Shown here one piece after another: positions 1-15,189 of a stretch of 64,000 nucleotides of DNA. Every line of letters starts with the position of its first letter. Within the stretch, counting starts at the first letter, position 1. The DNA comes from an uncultured Candidatus Poseidoniales archaeon (GTDB lineage: Archaea; Thermoplasmatota; Poseidoniia; Poseidoniales; Poseidoniaceae): positions 42,509-106,508 of the forward strand of contig CAXGWS010000002.1 of assembly GCA_964013535.1 (NCBI GenBank), written 5' to 3'. The notes beneath the pieces were generated by a model. It worked only from the letters and a program-made list of their open reading frames with translations, had not been told where the DNA came from and did no database searches. A program made the position numbers and the translations under genes.

Positions 1-3000
1 GTAGCAAAAACAACCAGCACCGTTGCCTTCATCGTTCAAAATGGAAGAACACTTTCTTCAACAGTGCTGAACAACCTTGCCTCTTCGTGGGACTCAACAA
101 TTTATCCGACAATGACAACATATTACGGCAAGGATTACCAAGATGGAAGAGGTTTAGCGGCCCCAGACATAGACAATAATTGTCAAGTTCAAATTGTCAT
201 CTATGATATAGATGGAGCCTTCAACACTGGCGGATATTTTGCACCTTCTTTTGCCAGTTCACGCGAAGCCGTATTCATTGACTTTGCCGACATAACATTA
301 TCTTGGGGCAAATCAATTATTGCTCATGAACTACAACATCTATTACACAATGCTCAAGATCCATACGAAAATTTGTGGATAGATGAAGGCAATGCTGATG
401 TGGCGATTTACCTCTGTTTTGGACCCGACTCAACCTTAGTAAGTCACTTGAATCAATGGACACAATCTCCAGAATTGTCGATAAGGTGGTGGAATCAAAG
501 ATTTGCTGATTATGGTGCGGGTTTCATTTTCACAATGTACCTAGCAGACCACTTAGGCGGGGGCCCTGCCGTCCGTCAATTAGTTCAAGATTCATCGACA
601 GGAGGCGTTTCCGTCCAAAACCTAGCGCTTTCACCGCCTTCTGGCCAGCCGGGAATGATTGGTAGGACGATGAGTGAGATATTCGCTAATTTTTCAGTAG
701 CAGCGTTTTTGGATTCAGAACAGGGGATTTATGGCTTTTCTAATCTAGACCTTACTCCTACTTGCTCCTCAAGCTCCTTTTGTCGAGCTCAACCTACAGA
801 TGTTAACAGTGATTGGAGTGCACCATATTCCTCCACTGGTCACACAGTAGAAGGGTGGGGCCTCAGAGCTTTCAAATTCACTCCCGGTGCATCATCACCA
901 GCACCACTAACCATTAGACTTACAGCCGATGTAAGTCAATTTGATGGCGTAATAGTTACCAAGTCTATGGTCGACGGGTTGCTATCTGTCTCGGACTTAG
1001 ACTTCCAAAGTAACGTTGCTACCGCCCTAATTCCCGGTTTTGGTAATTTGACAGACGAAGTGTGGGCGATTACTTGGTATGGCAGCACCATTGCCGACTG
1101 TGATTATACCTCCTGTGGGTCATCATATCCACAAGGTACTGTTGATATTGAAGCCGCCAGAATAACTGCGCCTGCCACTCTGACAATCAATGCAACAGAT
1201 TTGACAGACCGAGATGGAGATGGTAACGATGATACAGTACAGGTCAACTTTGATGTCTTTTCAAACGCCTTTTTTGAAGACCTCGATGTTGAGACTAGGA
1301 TCGTAGATTCTCAAGGATTAGTTGTGGATGAAATCACTTCAAGAATCTCTGCGGGTGGAGGTGTCAATTCTAACAGCAATATTTGGTTCACCGCTCCATT
1401 CGATGAACAGTATACCGTAGAATTTGATATGTATGACATGATTGGGACTTTAGTTGATAGCGTTGCTACACAACCTTGGAATTTAGCCAATATGAGGCCA
1501 GTGGCCAACGGTACGGTGTCGACCAATGCCAGTCAAACATGGGAAAATATATTGTTTTCTGGCGGTGGATTTGATGCTTGGGGGCTGTCTCTTGATAACA
1601 ATACCTTGCCGTATTTGGACTCTCCAGTAGCATATGCTTGGGACTTTGATGATGGTATAAGTTCAAATCTTAAATCTCCGACAAGGTCGTATCAATCAAT
1701 TGGCACCTACAACGCAACACTGCGCATCATGGATCAAGGTAATACTTGGTCCGAGACGGACGTGATTACGATAAATGTAAGCGATGACTCGATTCCTCAA
1801 CCGATAATTACGGTGAATAATGTAGTAATAACAGACAATATTTCGATTCTTACCAACCAAATGATTCAATTTTCAGCCTCTAGGACAGTCGATAATGTTC
1901 CGATTCAAAATCTAGATTTCCAGTGGGAATGGGGTGACGGAACTTTCGATAACGGGCTTGGAGTTTATGTCGCTCAACATCAATGGGGCAGCATCGACAG
2001 TACTGTAGAAGCATACAATTTGACACTGTCAGTATTTGATGGCTTTAACACAGGAACAAAAAGCATTACTGTATTCGTTAACAATAGAGTTCCTTACCAA
2101 ATTTTTACTGACAATCTAACTACGTATACATATACATCCGTCACAATGCCCGATGTGTTTACAGATGACGACGGTTCAATAGTGAGCTTTGAGTGGGATT
2201 TTGCCGAGGGAGTAAACCTTGACGGTGGTATAACCGATCAAAACGATGATTTTGTGCAGACCTCGTCAACCTCGCCATATCCTGCACCTTCATGGAACTC
2301 ACCAGGAACGAAAACAGTCACACTGAAAGTAACCGATGACGATGGTAGTGAATCGGTAACTCAGTTATTTGTCGAAGTACTGAATCAAGTGCCAATCGCA
2401 GATTTCACTGTTAGGACTACTGAAGACGGAGAAACAATCGCCATCGATTTCAGAGCAGAAGATGGCTTTGTTGATGTTCCTTACACATTTGATGGAATCT
2501 CCTCGTATGACATTGATTCGACAAATGGAGACTCCACTGATTTAATTTTCAATTGGTCATTTGGTGACGGTGAGTATAGAGATAGTGCGATATCAACTTT
2601 CACATTTACCGAACCTGGAATACACCAAGTTTCGTTATTTGTGGTTGATGATTACGGTGCGCAGAGTTTAACGAAAACAATTACTGTTAGAGTTCAGAAT
2701 CCACTACCGATAATATCGGTTAGGATCTTGGATGGGTGGGTTGATGGTGAACAAATGGATCGTAATTCACCCCGTCCTGAAGGATTTATTCCTGATTATT
2801 GGACTCATACCTTTGATGGACAACAAAATACCTTCACAGCACCCGGTTATGCACTATACTTTGACTCAGAAGGGACTAGAGATGGTGATAGAAGATATGA
2901 GGGGCGATATTCACCGGTCCAAGACGAGAATAACTCTAATTGGAATGGTATTGTAGAATACACATGGGATTTTGGTGATGCAACACCACTATCAAAAGAA

Positions 3001-3825
3001 CCATCACCATGGCACTCATATGATAGTCCTGGGACTTATACAGTTACACTTACTGTAAGAGATTCATATGGGACTGGTGATGTAAGTAAGCAATCTTTTA
3101 CTATTGTTGTTGACGAACCTCCAGTAATCCGAGCAATAGCAATTCCTTCCGAAATTGTTGCTGGAGAATCGAGTTATCTTAGTGCTAATATTTCAGACAA
3201 TGAAATGGATAGCGGGATAATGATTTATCGTGATTTGAATATCGAAGACGGTTCGCTTTACGATAAAGATGAAACTTTGAATCCTGAATTGGTAGTTAGA
3301 TGGGATATTAACCTCGAGAAAGACACTAATAAAAATGGCATACTGAATGACGATTGGATTATACCCAAGGATAATGCTGTAAACTATCGAATCGCAGCCC
3401 TTTGGAATGAGTCAAATTCTTACACAATTATTGTTGAAGCATGTGATGGAATCGGAGTATGCGCAATCATGACCGAAGATGTTCAAGTCACTCCAAAACC
3501 AGACCCTCAACCATCATTATCGGACTTCGAACTGGAAGATTGGTCTTCATGGGTCAAGGATGCGGGTTCCGATTTGGCAACTTACATAGCATTGATTGCT
3601 GTAGCTCTTATTCTTGGTTGGTTAGTTTTGAGAGAATCGTCTGATGTAGAGGATGAGGCTAAGCAAGCGGCAGAATCCTATACCGATGTGGAGCATGTTG
3701 AAGTTCAAGGTGGACTGCTTGGTATGGATCAGCACACTCCTCCGCCAGCACCAGCGATATTGTCGAAGGAAGAACGACGAAGTGAAGATAGTGGTTATAT
3801 TAGGCCTCTACGCAGGAGAATTTGA
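1..3825 (+). CDS. Membrane-anchored PKD-repeat zinc metallopeptidase (gluzincin-like), 5' truncated by window
   Basis: Frame open back to base 1. HELQH zinc motif followed by WIDEG third ligand; several PKD-type repeats (YAWDFDDG, WEWGDG, WSFGDG, YTWDFGD...YTVTLTV); hydrophobic helix near C-terminus (YIALIAVALILGWLVL) and acidic tail. Confidence 0.8.
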   Translation, partial: VAKTTSTVAFIVQNGRTLSSTVLNNLASSWDSTIYPTMTTYYGKDYQDGRGLAAPDIDNNCQVQIVIYDIDGAFNTGGYFAPSFASSREAVFIDFADITLSWGKSIIAHELQHLLHNAQDPYENLWIDEGNADVAIYLCFGPDSTLVSHLNQWTQSPELSIRWWNQRFADYGAGFIFTMYLADHLGGGPAVRQLVQDSSTGGVSVQNLALSPPSGQPGMIGRTMSEIFANFSVAAFLDSEQGIYGFSNLDLTPTCSSSSFCRAQPTDVNSDWSAPYSSTGHTVEGWGLRAFKFTPGASSPAPLTIRLTADVSQFDGVIVTKSMVDGLLSVSDLDFQSNVATALIPGFGNLTDEVWAITWYGSTIADCDYTSCGSSYPQGTVDIEAARITAPATLTINATDLTDRDGDGNDDTVQVNFDVFSNAFFEDLDVETRIVDSQGLVVDEITSRISAGGGVNSNSNIWFTAPFDEQYTVEFDMYDMIGTLVDSVATQPWNLANMRPVANGTVSTNASQTWENILFSGGGFDAWGLSLDNNTLPYLDSPVAYAWDFDDGISSNLKSPTRSYQSIGTYNATLRIMDQGNTWSETDVITINVSDDSIPQPIITVNNVVITDNISILTNQMIQFSASRTVDNVPIQNLDFQWEWGDGTFDNGLGVYVAQHQWGSIDSTVEAYNLTLSVFDGFNTGTKSITVFVNNRVPYQIFTDNLTTYTYTSVTMPDVFTDDDGSIVSFEWDFAEGVNLDGGITDQNDDFVQTSSTSPYPAPSWNSPGTKTVTLKVTDDDGSESVTQLFVEVLNQVPIADFTVRTTEDGETIAIDFRAEDGFVDVPYTFDGISSYDIDSTNGDSTDLIFNWSFGDGEYRDSAISTFTFTEPGIHQVSLFVVDDYGAQSLTKTITVRVQNPLPIISVRILDGWVDGEQMDRNSPRPEGFIPDYWTHTFDGQQNTFTAPGYALYFDSEGTRDGDRRYEGRYSPVQDENNSNWNGIVEYTWDFGDATPLSKEPSPWHSYDSPGTYTVTLTVRDSYGTGDVSKQSFTIVVDEPPVIRAIAIPSEIVAGESSYLSANISDNEMDSGIMIYRDLNIEDGSLYDKDETLNPELVVRWDINLEKDTNKNGILNDDWIIPKDNAVNYRIAALWNESNSYTIIVEACDGIGVCAIMTEDVQVTPKPDPQPSLSDFELEDWSSWVKDAGSDLATYIALIAVALILGWLVLRESSDVEDEAKQAAESYTDVEHVEVQGGLLGMDQHTPPPAPAILSKEERRSEDSGYIRPLRRRI

Positions 3826-3864
3826 TAGTTATAATATTGAACTTAGTCAATATAGGACCCAGTA

Positions 3865-4959
3865 GTGATGGATATGAGCAAAAGATCAGTCATTGTATTG
3901 GTGTTGGTCTTTACTCTTCCAATGTTCGCAGTAAATGGCAACATGTTGGCAGTAAATGCCTCTGCGGCAGATGCATGTAGTGGAGATATAGAACCTATTA
4001 ACTGGAATCAAACCATTGGACGCTCAGCATTAGTGCCTCACTATAATTACTACAAAGGTTGGTTTGGTTACGATTACTACGAGGATGAAAAAGGCCGAGA
4101 CCACAACAGACCGTCTTATGAGCAAGAAACACTGCGTGAGAAAACGGCACTAAATCCAGAAGAAGAATGGATGTATGTCGAATTCGATAGGGGCACTCGT
4201 TTAGCACCATTGACGTCAAATTATCATACCACTATGTTGGTTGGCAATGATAGTATTGGCGCTTTGAGGGTCAATCTTTCCTCTCAGCATAGAACAACTG
4301 TCTGTATTTCAGTACAATCATTAAATCAAACTGATGATGATTATTCCGTCGATGTATATCTGCTGACAACCTCTGAATATTACAGGTACACTGAGTTGTA
4401 TTATACCTCTCACACCGAGGATAGTTTCTACAACGACCTTTCGGAGGTACTAAGCGATATATCGCCAGAATGGCGAAGTTTTGACTTCACAGGCTGGCGG
4501 TCTTACCGAGATGCCCATCAATATGAGTCAATTCAAGAGATCAACTTCGCTTTGAACTTGGATGGGCCGGAATCGTACACTCCGATTTTTGGTGGTGAGG
4601 AATGGCAGGATTTCTATATTGTAATTGATACATGGGACAATAATCATGACCGTGATGCAGTTGCACCAGACGTGGTTACAGCCGCCGATGTTACCATTAT
4701 AACAACAGAGAGATCATTCATCCTGCCCAATTACACTGTTGCAATAATCTTCTTATTGATGATCGTTGGTATGGTTATATTTCCTTTCATCCTCAATTCA
4801 AGATATATGAAAGCCGGATTAGAGGTTAACCAAACCGAACAAGAATCTGGTTTGGTGCCTTCGCTTGAGACTCAACCAGAAATTTCCCGGGAAGTGGATA
4901 GTATAGATGGTAGTTTGAAAGATTACCCTGAGATAATGAATGAAGATACTGGTGATTAG
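3865..4959 (+). CDS. Hypothetical secreted protein with C-terminal membrane anchor
   Basis: N-terminal signal-like hydrophobic stretch; TM segment VAIIFLLMIVGMVIFPFIL; acidic tail. Confidence 0.65.
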   Translation: MMDMSKRSVIVLVLVFTLPMFAVNGNMLAVNASAADACSGDIEPINWNQTIGRSALVPHYNYYKGWFGYDYYEDEKGRDHNRPSYEQETLREKTALNPEEEWMYVEFDRGTRLAPLTSNYHTTMLVGNDSIGALRVNLSSQHRTTVCISVQSLNQTDDDYSVDVYLLTTSEYYRYTELYYTSHTEDSFYNDLSEVLSDISPEWRSFDFTGWRSYRDAHQYESIQEINFALNLDGPESYTPIFGGEEWQDFYIVIDTWDNNHDRDAVAPDVVTAADVTIITTERSFILPNYTVAIIFLLMIVGMVIFPFILNSRYMKAGLEVNQTEQESGLVPSLETQPEISREVDSIDGSLKDYPEIMNEDTGD

Positions 4960-5753
4960 TATTCCATTAATGCCCAGGCATCCCTTAGGTCTCTTACGTT
5001 AATTAGACCTCTATCCGACAATCTGAAGTGGTTCATCATAGTAGCATAAACAATCTCCTGCTCAAGCACAGGGGCATGCAACCTTACCCAATCTCCACCA
5101 TTGCCTAATCCCATGAGAGAGTGGCTAGAGTCTTGTCCTATGAGGCTATTTGCTGCATCAAAAATCTGCAAAGCGTCTCGGTGGTTGCTGACGGTTGAGC
5201 AAAACTTCACTATGTCGCCTTGAGAAGAACTGTCTTTGACGATGTTAACTATCTCATCGGATTTAGGGGTAGATTTGGTTTCGTGAATAGAGGCGATAAC
5301 CTTGCAACCAGATTCTTTTGCCAATTTGAGTAATTTATCCCGAGCCTTCTTTTCGATAGATAATTCAAGGTCAATGAAGGTAACTTGTGATTTAATCCCT
5401 GCTTCAAGTATGTCCAATCTTTCATCCTCTGTGCCGGCAAAGAAACCTCCTTCTCTAACCGCTCTTGTTGTGAATATAACAGGCACAGGAATACCTTCTT
5501 TTAGAGTCTCGATAGCGCTCTCGACATCGATTTCAGAAAAATCCTTGACACCCCATTCTTCGATTGGGGGCATCTTTGTATATTCTTCTCCGTCATCGTT
5601 TACCATCGTTATCGGTTCGGGCTTGTTAAGATATAATTTATCGAATCTTACCTCGACATAATCAGCTCCAGCAATATTTGCTCGAGTCGCTTCATCAATC
5701 ATCTCTTCGACGGTGATTGCTTCCAGTGAGACACATACTTTTGGTTCTGCCAT
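4956..5753 (-). CDS. aroD: Type I 3-dehydroquinate dehydratase
   Basis: EVRFD, IFTTR..EGG, IDLEL, ASIHE, DIVKF, MG..G..RL motifs of type I DHQase. Confidence 0.85.
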   Translation of the reverse strand: MAEPKVCVSLEAITVEEMIDEATRANIAGADYVEVRFDKLYLNKPEPITMVNDDGEEYTKMPPIEEWGVKDFSEIDVESAIETLKEGIPVPVIFTTRAVREGGFFAGTEDERLDILEAGIKSQVTFIDLELSIEKKARDKLLKLAKESGCKVIASIHETKSTPKSDEIVNIVKDSSSQGDIVKFCSTVSNHRDALQIFDAANSLIGQDSSHSLMGLGNGGDWVRLHAPVLEQEIVYATMMNHFRLSDRGLINVRDLRDAWALMEY

Positions 5754-6032
5754 GGGTTGCCCAATTTGGATATCTTATTAATGCTCACGGCTATTATAGT
5801 AGAATTTTATTTCGAGAAACGCGTTATTGATGGCCATGTTTAGGTCTTGTTTTGACCTCTAATTTCACGAGTTTTGCACTACCTTAAAGTACCCCCTTCT
5901 CCGATAGACAATGGTAGGGGTTTTGACAGGCAAGTTTCGTGGTACAGCGGCCTAGTTGAGCAGTAGTAAAATTGGTAATTTCAGCCATGAAATATAACAA
6001 AATAATGTTGTTTTAATCCAAACTCGAGGTGA

Positions 6033-10740
<4,708 letters not shown>

Positions 10741-10810
10741 TTGAATATCGACGGATTCAAATTGAATAACCGATGTGGTTGAACCAACCCAAGCGCTGGT
10801 GGTGATTATT

Positions 10811-12067
10811 ATGGATACGAGCAAGTTGATTTACGACTGGAATGTAATCGATTACGAAATTAACAGAAATCCCGCTAATCATCCGCATGGTGTCTGGTTT
10901 GATGATGAAACGCTGAGAGATGGATTGCAAAGTCCCAGTGCAAGAAACCCTACGATTGACGAAAAGAAAGAATTGTTATCGTACATGGAGAATTTGGGAA
11001 TTCAGAAAGTAGACCTTGGTTTACCCGGAGCCGGTCCATTCCACCGTGAACACATTAATGCAATGCTATCACACATCATCGATAACGAATATCAAATCCG
11101 CCCGGGTGCCGCGGTTAGGACATTGATGCAGGATATTGAACCTCTTGTTGAAATGCAACAACAACACGGTATACAGATACAAGCATCGGCCTTCTTGGGA
11201 ACTAGTCCAATACGCCAATATACCGAGGGTTGGACTATGGAGAAACTAATTTCGACAATGGAAAAAGCGGTATCATATGCAGTCGAGAATGATGTCCCAG
11301 TTATGTTTGTCACGGAAGATACCACAAGGTCAAATCCAGATGATGTAAAAGCAATTTACCAGCGAGCCATGGAACTTGGAGTAAGAAGATTATGTGTTTG
11401 TGATACATGTGGTCACGTAACTCCAAATGGTGTAAAAAAACTGCTAAATTTTATCGATGAGGAAGTCATCAAGGATGGCGGCTATCAACGAAATGAAATC
11501 GAAGTTAATTGGCATGGGCACCAAGACCGTGGTTTGGGTGTTGCCAATAACATCGCAGCGGTAGAAGCAGGTGCTGATGTAATCCATGGTACCGCACTTG
11601 GAGTGGGTGAGAGGGCAGGTAATGCACCGCTTGACCAAACTCTTGTTAATTTGAAATTAATGGGAGTTATCGATAATGATCTAACATTATTAGATGAATA
11701 TATGAGAACAGCTAACAAATACATCGAAGTTCCCTTACCTAGAAATTATCCAGTGTTTGGTGAAGATGCTTTCGAGACGGGCACAGGAGTTCATGCATCA
11801 GCGGTTATTAAGGCGATGAAAAAAGGGGATGACTGGCTCGCTGACAGAGTTTATTCTGGAGTTCCAGCAGGTGACTTCGGACTAAAGCAAGTAATCAGAA
11901 TTGGCCACATGGCTGGGCGTTCAAACATAATTTGGTGGCTTGAACAAAACGGCTACGAAGTCAGCGATGAATTGGTTTCTCACTTGTTTGAGGTTGCTAA
12001 ATCTCAGAGAAGAAATATGCTAGATAGTGAAGTTGAAGCGGCAGTAGCGCAATTCAACAATCAGTGA
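10811..12067 (+). CDS. LeuA/homocitrate synthase family (DRE-TIM) condensing enzyme lacking the C-terminal regulatory domain
   Basis: DETLRDGLQ, HGHQDRG metal motif, GVGERAGN; start placed at ATG after GGTGA. Confidence 0.8.
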   Translation: MDTSKLIYDWNVIDYEINRNPANHPHGVWFDDETLRDGLQSPSARNPTIDEKKELLSYMENLGIQKVDLGLPGAGPFHREHINAMLSHIIDNEYQIRPGAAVRTLMQDIEPLVEMQQQHGIQIQASAFLGTSPIRQYTEGWTMEKLISTMEKAVSYAVENDVPVMFVTEDTTRSNPDDVKAIYQRAMELGVRRLCVCDTCGHVTPNGVKKLLNFIDEEVIKDGGYQRNEIEVNWHGHQDRGLGVANNIAAVEAGADVIHGTALGVGERAGNAPLDQTLVNLKLMGVIDNDLTLLDEYMRTANKYIEVPLPRNYPVFGEDAFETGTGVHASAVIKAMKKGDDWLADRVYSGVPAGDFGLKQVIRIGHMAGRSNIIWWLEQNGYEVSDELVSHLFEVAKSQRRNMLDSEVEAAVAQFNNQ

Positions 12068-13381
12068 TTATTCGAATTCTCGGTAAGTGTCGGGGTTCTT
12101 TTGATTAGAAACAGAATTAACCCATTCGCTATCGACACTACCACCACTCCACTCACCGTCTAGTGCGACCTCACTGATGTCGACTTCCTCACGCCATGAT
12201 GGTTTTTCATCTGATCCACATACAATGAATTTCCCCGACCCATCAATCTGTTGTTCTAATAGAGAGATATGCTTTGATACCGGAAGGAAATGACCAACAG
12301 GCATACCAGATGCAGTAAAAGGATTGGTTGCCGCTCCAATCAACAAACCATCCTCAGGAGCCACAATATCTACTGTTAATCCGGGAGTTGCAGGGTCAGA
12401 AATCGTTGCTATGACCTCTCCTTCACGCATAACCGAACCAGCAGAAACGAACATGTCCAATAATCCTCCCTCACCAGCTCTTAGCCACCTTGAACCACTC
12501 GCTAGCATTCTAAATCGAGGTCTGTTTGGTGTTCCGGGTATCATTCTAAGCGACCTGAGCACATTCAATACACCTTGGATTGCTACTTTCACAGTTGCAT
12601 TATCGATGAGATTTGCTCCACCACCTTCATAGGTTATTGCAGGTATGTCGTGTTCATTTGCCGCTTTACGAAGGGAACCGGATGGTGCTTTTGAGTCAAG
12701 TAATATTTCAATACCGAAAGCTTTGGCTAGGATGTTAGAGCCAGCATGTGCTAAATCAACTCTTATTTGCGGCATATTTGACCTGCCTTTTGCCGCACTG
12801 TGCAGGTCGATTATGGCATCGCTGTCCTTAAGTAAGTATTTCCATACTTGAGCAGCAACACGTCTTGTCGTAGAACCCTTGAAATCCCCAGGAAAATTCC
12901 TATTCAAGTCTCTTCCATCAGGGAAGTACCTTGATTTTCCACGATATCCCGGCAGGTTTACCACTGGAACAATACGGATTGTTCCTGCTAGTTGCTTTGG
13001 GTCCAGACTTTTGCCAATATCGGTAAATAAGTTAGACAACAAATGAGTGCATGCAGATGCACCAGTTAGTTCATCACCATGTATACCTCCTAGAATTGTG
13101 ATTGTTGGGCCGGGTCTTATTCCATGCAGAACTGTTACTGGTATTGGCCACGGATCTCCCAAATCAACCTCAAGTAACGGCAACGAAATAGTCCTAATAG
13201 TTCCGGTTTTGATGGTTTTACGAAAAAGTTTGATACTCCCCCAATCAGCAGTTCTATCCCACTCTGGACGGTCCTCGGTTTGGTGTGCTGCAAGGGCTTC
13301 TTGGATGGCCATTTTTCGACGCTTGGGCAACTCATGCGCGAGGCGTACTTTGGTTTTCTTGCGCTTTTTACCACCGCCCAT
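12068..13381 (-). CDS. Succinylglutamate desuccinylase/aspartoacylase family (M14-like) protein
   Basis: GGIHGDE, VVNLPG, DLNRNFPG, IIDLH, YEGG motifs; C-terminal barrel-like domain. Confidence 0.85.
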   Translation of the reverse strand: MGGGKKRKKTKVRLAHELPKRRKMAIQEALAAHQTEDRPEWDRTADWGSIKLFRKTIKTGTIRTISLPLLEVDLGDPWPIPVTVLHGIRPGPTITILGGIHGDELTGASACTHLLSNLFTDIGKSLDPKQLAGTIRIVPVVNLPGYRGKSRYFPDGRDLNRNFPGDFKGSTTRRVAAQVWKYLLKDSDAIIDLHSAAKGRSNMPQIRVDLAHAGSNILAKAFGIEILLDSKAPSGSLRKAANEHDIPAITYEGGGANLIDNATVKVAIQGVLNVLRSLRMIPGTPNRPRFRMLASGSRWLRAGEGGLLDMFVSAGSVMREGEVIATISDPATPGLTVDIVAPEDGLLIGAATNPFTASGMPVGHFLPVSKHISLLEQQIDGSGKFIVCGSDEKPSWREEVDISEVALDGEWSGGSVDSEWVNSVSNQKNPDTYREFE

Positions 13382-13470
13382 GCTTATCGGAGTCTCTCCT
13401 CGTCAATGAATGATGCGATTGCAGAGGATTCAAACGCAAGTAACAAAGACAATCACAAACTCGACCAATC

Positions 13471-13938
13471 ATGGCAGAAAAGAGTGTCCAGCAGGAGTAT
13501 GCGCCTAATTCAATTTGTTTTGGATGCGGTCCGGCAAATCTTGATGGCTTGAGAATTGAAAGCCATCGCATCGATAATGGACTGGTGATGGAATACCTAC
13601 CAAACGAATCGCATCAAGCATTTCCAGGTATGATTAATGGCGGGATAATCGGAACGTTGCTAGATTGTCATGGTAACTGGACTGCTGCTATTGCTTTAAT
13701 GGATACTCAGGGCCTTAATGAACCTCCATGTACAGTTACTGCATCGTACACAGTCAACTTGAGAAGACCTACTCCACTCGGAGAGAAATTAATAATTACC
13801 AGTCAAATCTCTGAAGTAGATGGTGACAAAGTAAGAGTGGAATTGCTCCTTGAAGCAGGTGGAAAAATCTGTGCAAGCGGCAAAGGGCTCTTTGTCGCTG
13901 TAAAAGAAGGACATCCAGCATATCACAGGTGGCATTGA
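13471..13938 (+). CDS. PaaI/hotdog-fold thioesterase
   Basis: CFGCG..N..GL, GMINGGIIGTLLD, LRRPTP motifs. Confidence 0.85.
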   Translation: MAEKSVQQEYAPNSICFGCGPANLDGLRIESHRIDNGLVMEYLPNESHQAFPGMINGGIIGTLLDCHGNWTAAIALMDTQGLNEPPCTVTASYTVNLRRPTPLGEKLIITSQISEVDGDKVRVELLLEAGGKICASGKGLFVAVKEGHPAYHRWH

Positions 13939-13942
13939 ACAC

Positions 13943-14473
13943 ATGGTAAAGCCAACTCACTTGCAAGAGATTCAACTCAATAACCTTAGAACATTGGTAA
14001 TCGAAATTATGAATGATATGGATACATGGAAAAATCATCAGTTGACTCCATTATATGACATAAAATTAGGGCTGCTCAGGAAAAACGCTACCCAGCGGCA
14101 CGGGGTTACAAGATGGCAAAAGGGAGTTTCTGCTAAAGAACTTGACATTACTAACGTCGATGTAATTGAATTGCATCCAGTATTGCTTGAAAAAGAGTGG
14201 AATGCCTATGCAGCATTTGTGTTACATCATGAATTTATTCATGCTCTAGGTTATAGAAATCACGACTCTACTTTCAGAGAGTTAGAATATTCATGGCCAG
14301 GGATAAATGCGGGGGATTTGGGGCCTAAATTCACCGAGTACCTCCGTAGGAAAACTGCAAAATGGCTATGGAAGTGTGACGAGTGTGATTATGAATTTCC
14401 TCGCAAGAAACCCAGCAATGGTAAGTACAAATGCAGGAAATGCCAATCAACATTAGTTGATGTCAAACTGTGA
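13943..14473 (+). CDS. SprT-like zinc metalloprotease with C-terminal zinc ribbon
   Basis: HHEFIH...H..F zinc motif followed by CDEC...CRKC. Confidence 0.7.
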   Translation: MVKPTHLQEIQLNNLRTLVIEIMNDMDTWKNHQLTPLYDIKLGLLRKNATQRHGVTRWQKGVSAKELDITNVDVIELHPVLLEKEWNAYAAFVLHHEFIHALGYRNHDSTFRELEYSWPGINAGDLGPKFTEYLRRKTAKWLWKCDECDYEFPRKKPSNGKYKCRKCQSTLVDVKL

Positions 14474-14474
14474 T

Positions 14475-15098
14475 TTACTTATCTGAACTGGCTTTTTTTG
14501 CTTTCTTTTCTGCAGTCTCGATTGCCTCATCAACATCCATATCAGCATCTTCTGCTGCTATCTTGATACTTGATTTCTCCTCTTCGGTAATTTCACCATC
14601 TTTGGCTGCAGAGCGCATTGCTGCTTCGACATTCATTCTCGCAGCATCCTCATCAGAGATTCCTAGTGCTGCTTGGAATGATTTGAGTTCATTTAGTTCC
14701 TCTTCTGTAATAACTCCATCTTCCCAAGCATCATCATAAGCTTTGAGCAGGAAATCACGATAAGTACCTGGATTTAACAACACGTCTCTTATTAAGCCAT
14801 GATTTGGACCAGAATCAGCCGATTCAGACATGTCGAGTATTGCGATAGATCTTCTTACCTCTTTTACTGCCATATCCTTTAGTCCATGTCCAGCCCAAAC
14901 AGCACCAGCAGCAACAACCGCAGCAGCAAACCATCTCATGATATTTTCATCAACAAGTTCACCGGGCTCGATTAAATGGAAAATTCCCAACACTGCCATG
15001 GCTGCACCACACATGACCTCGACCCAATCATTCAAGTCTGGTTCATCGTCAAATATTGACAATCTTTCTTCGACCATAGAATCTATGTCGTCGCTCAT
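14475..15098 (-). CDS. Two-TM membrane protein with TerB-like/EF-like acidic repeats
   Basis: Two hydrophobic helices; repeats AWEDGVITEEE and AAKDGEITEEE. Confidence 0.55.
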   Translation of the reverse strand: MSDDIDSMVEERLSIFDDEPDLNDWVEVMCGAAMAVLGIFHLIEPGELVDENIMRWFAAAVVAAGAVWAGHGLKDMAVKEVRRSIAILDMSESADSGPNHGLIRDVLLNPGTYRDFLLKAYDDAWEDGVITEEELNELKSFQAALGISDEDAARMNVEAAMRSAAKDGEITEEEKSSIKIAAEDADMDVDEAIETAEKKAKKASSDK

Positions 15099-15189
15099 GA
15101 ATGATATGCAGTAATCGAAAGGTCTTATTGATGTCGGAGTGAAATATTCGAGCGTTGTCCTTTTGGACTATTGGCAACACACCCGGTAC

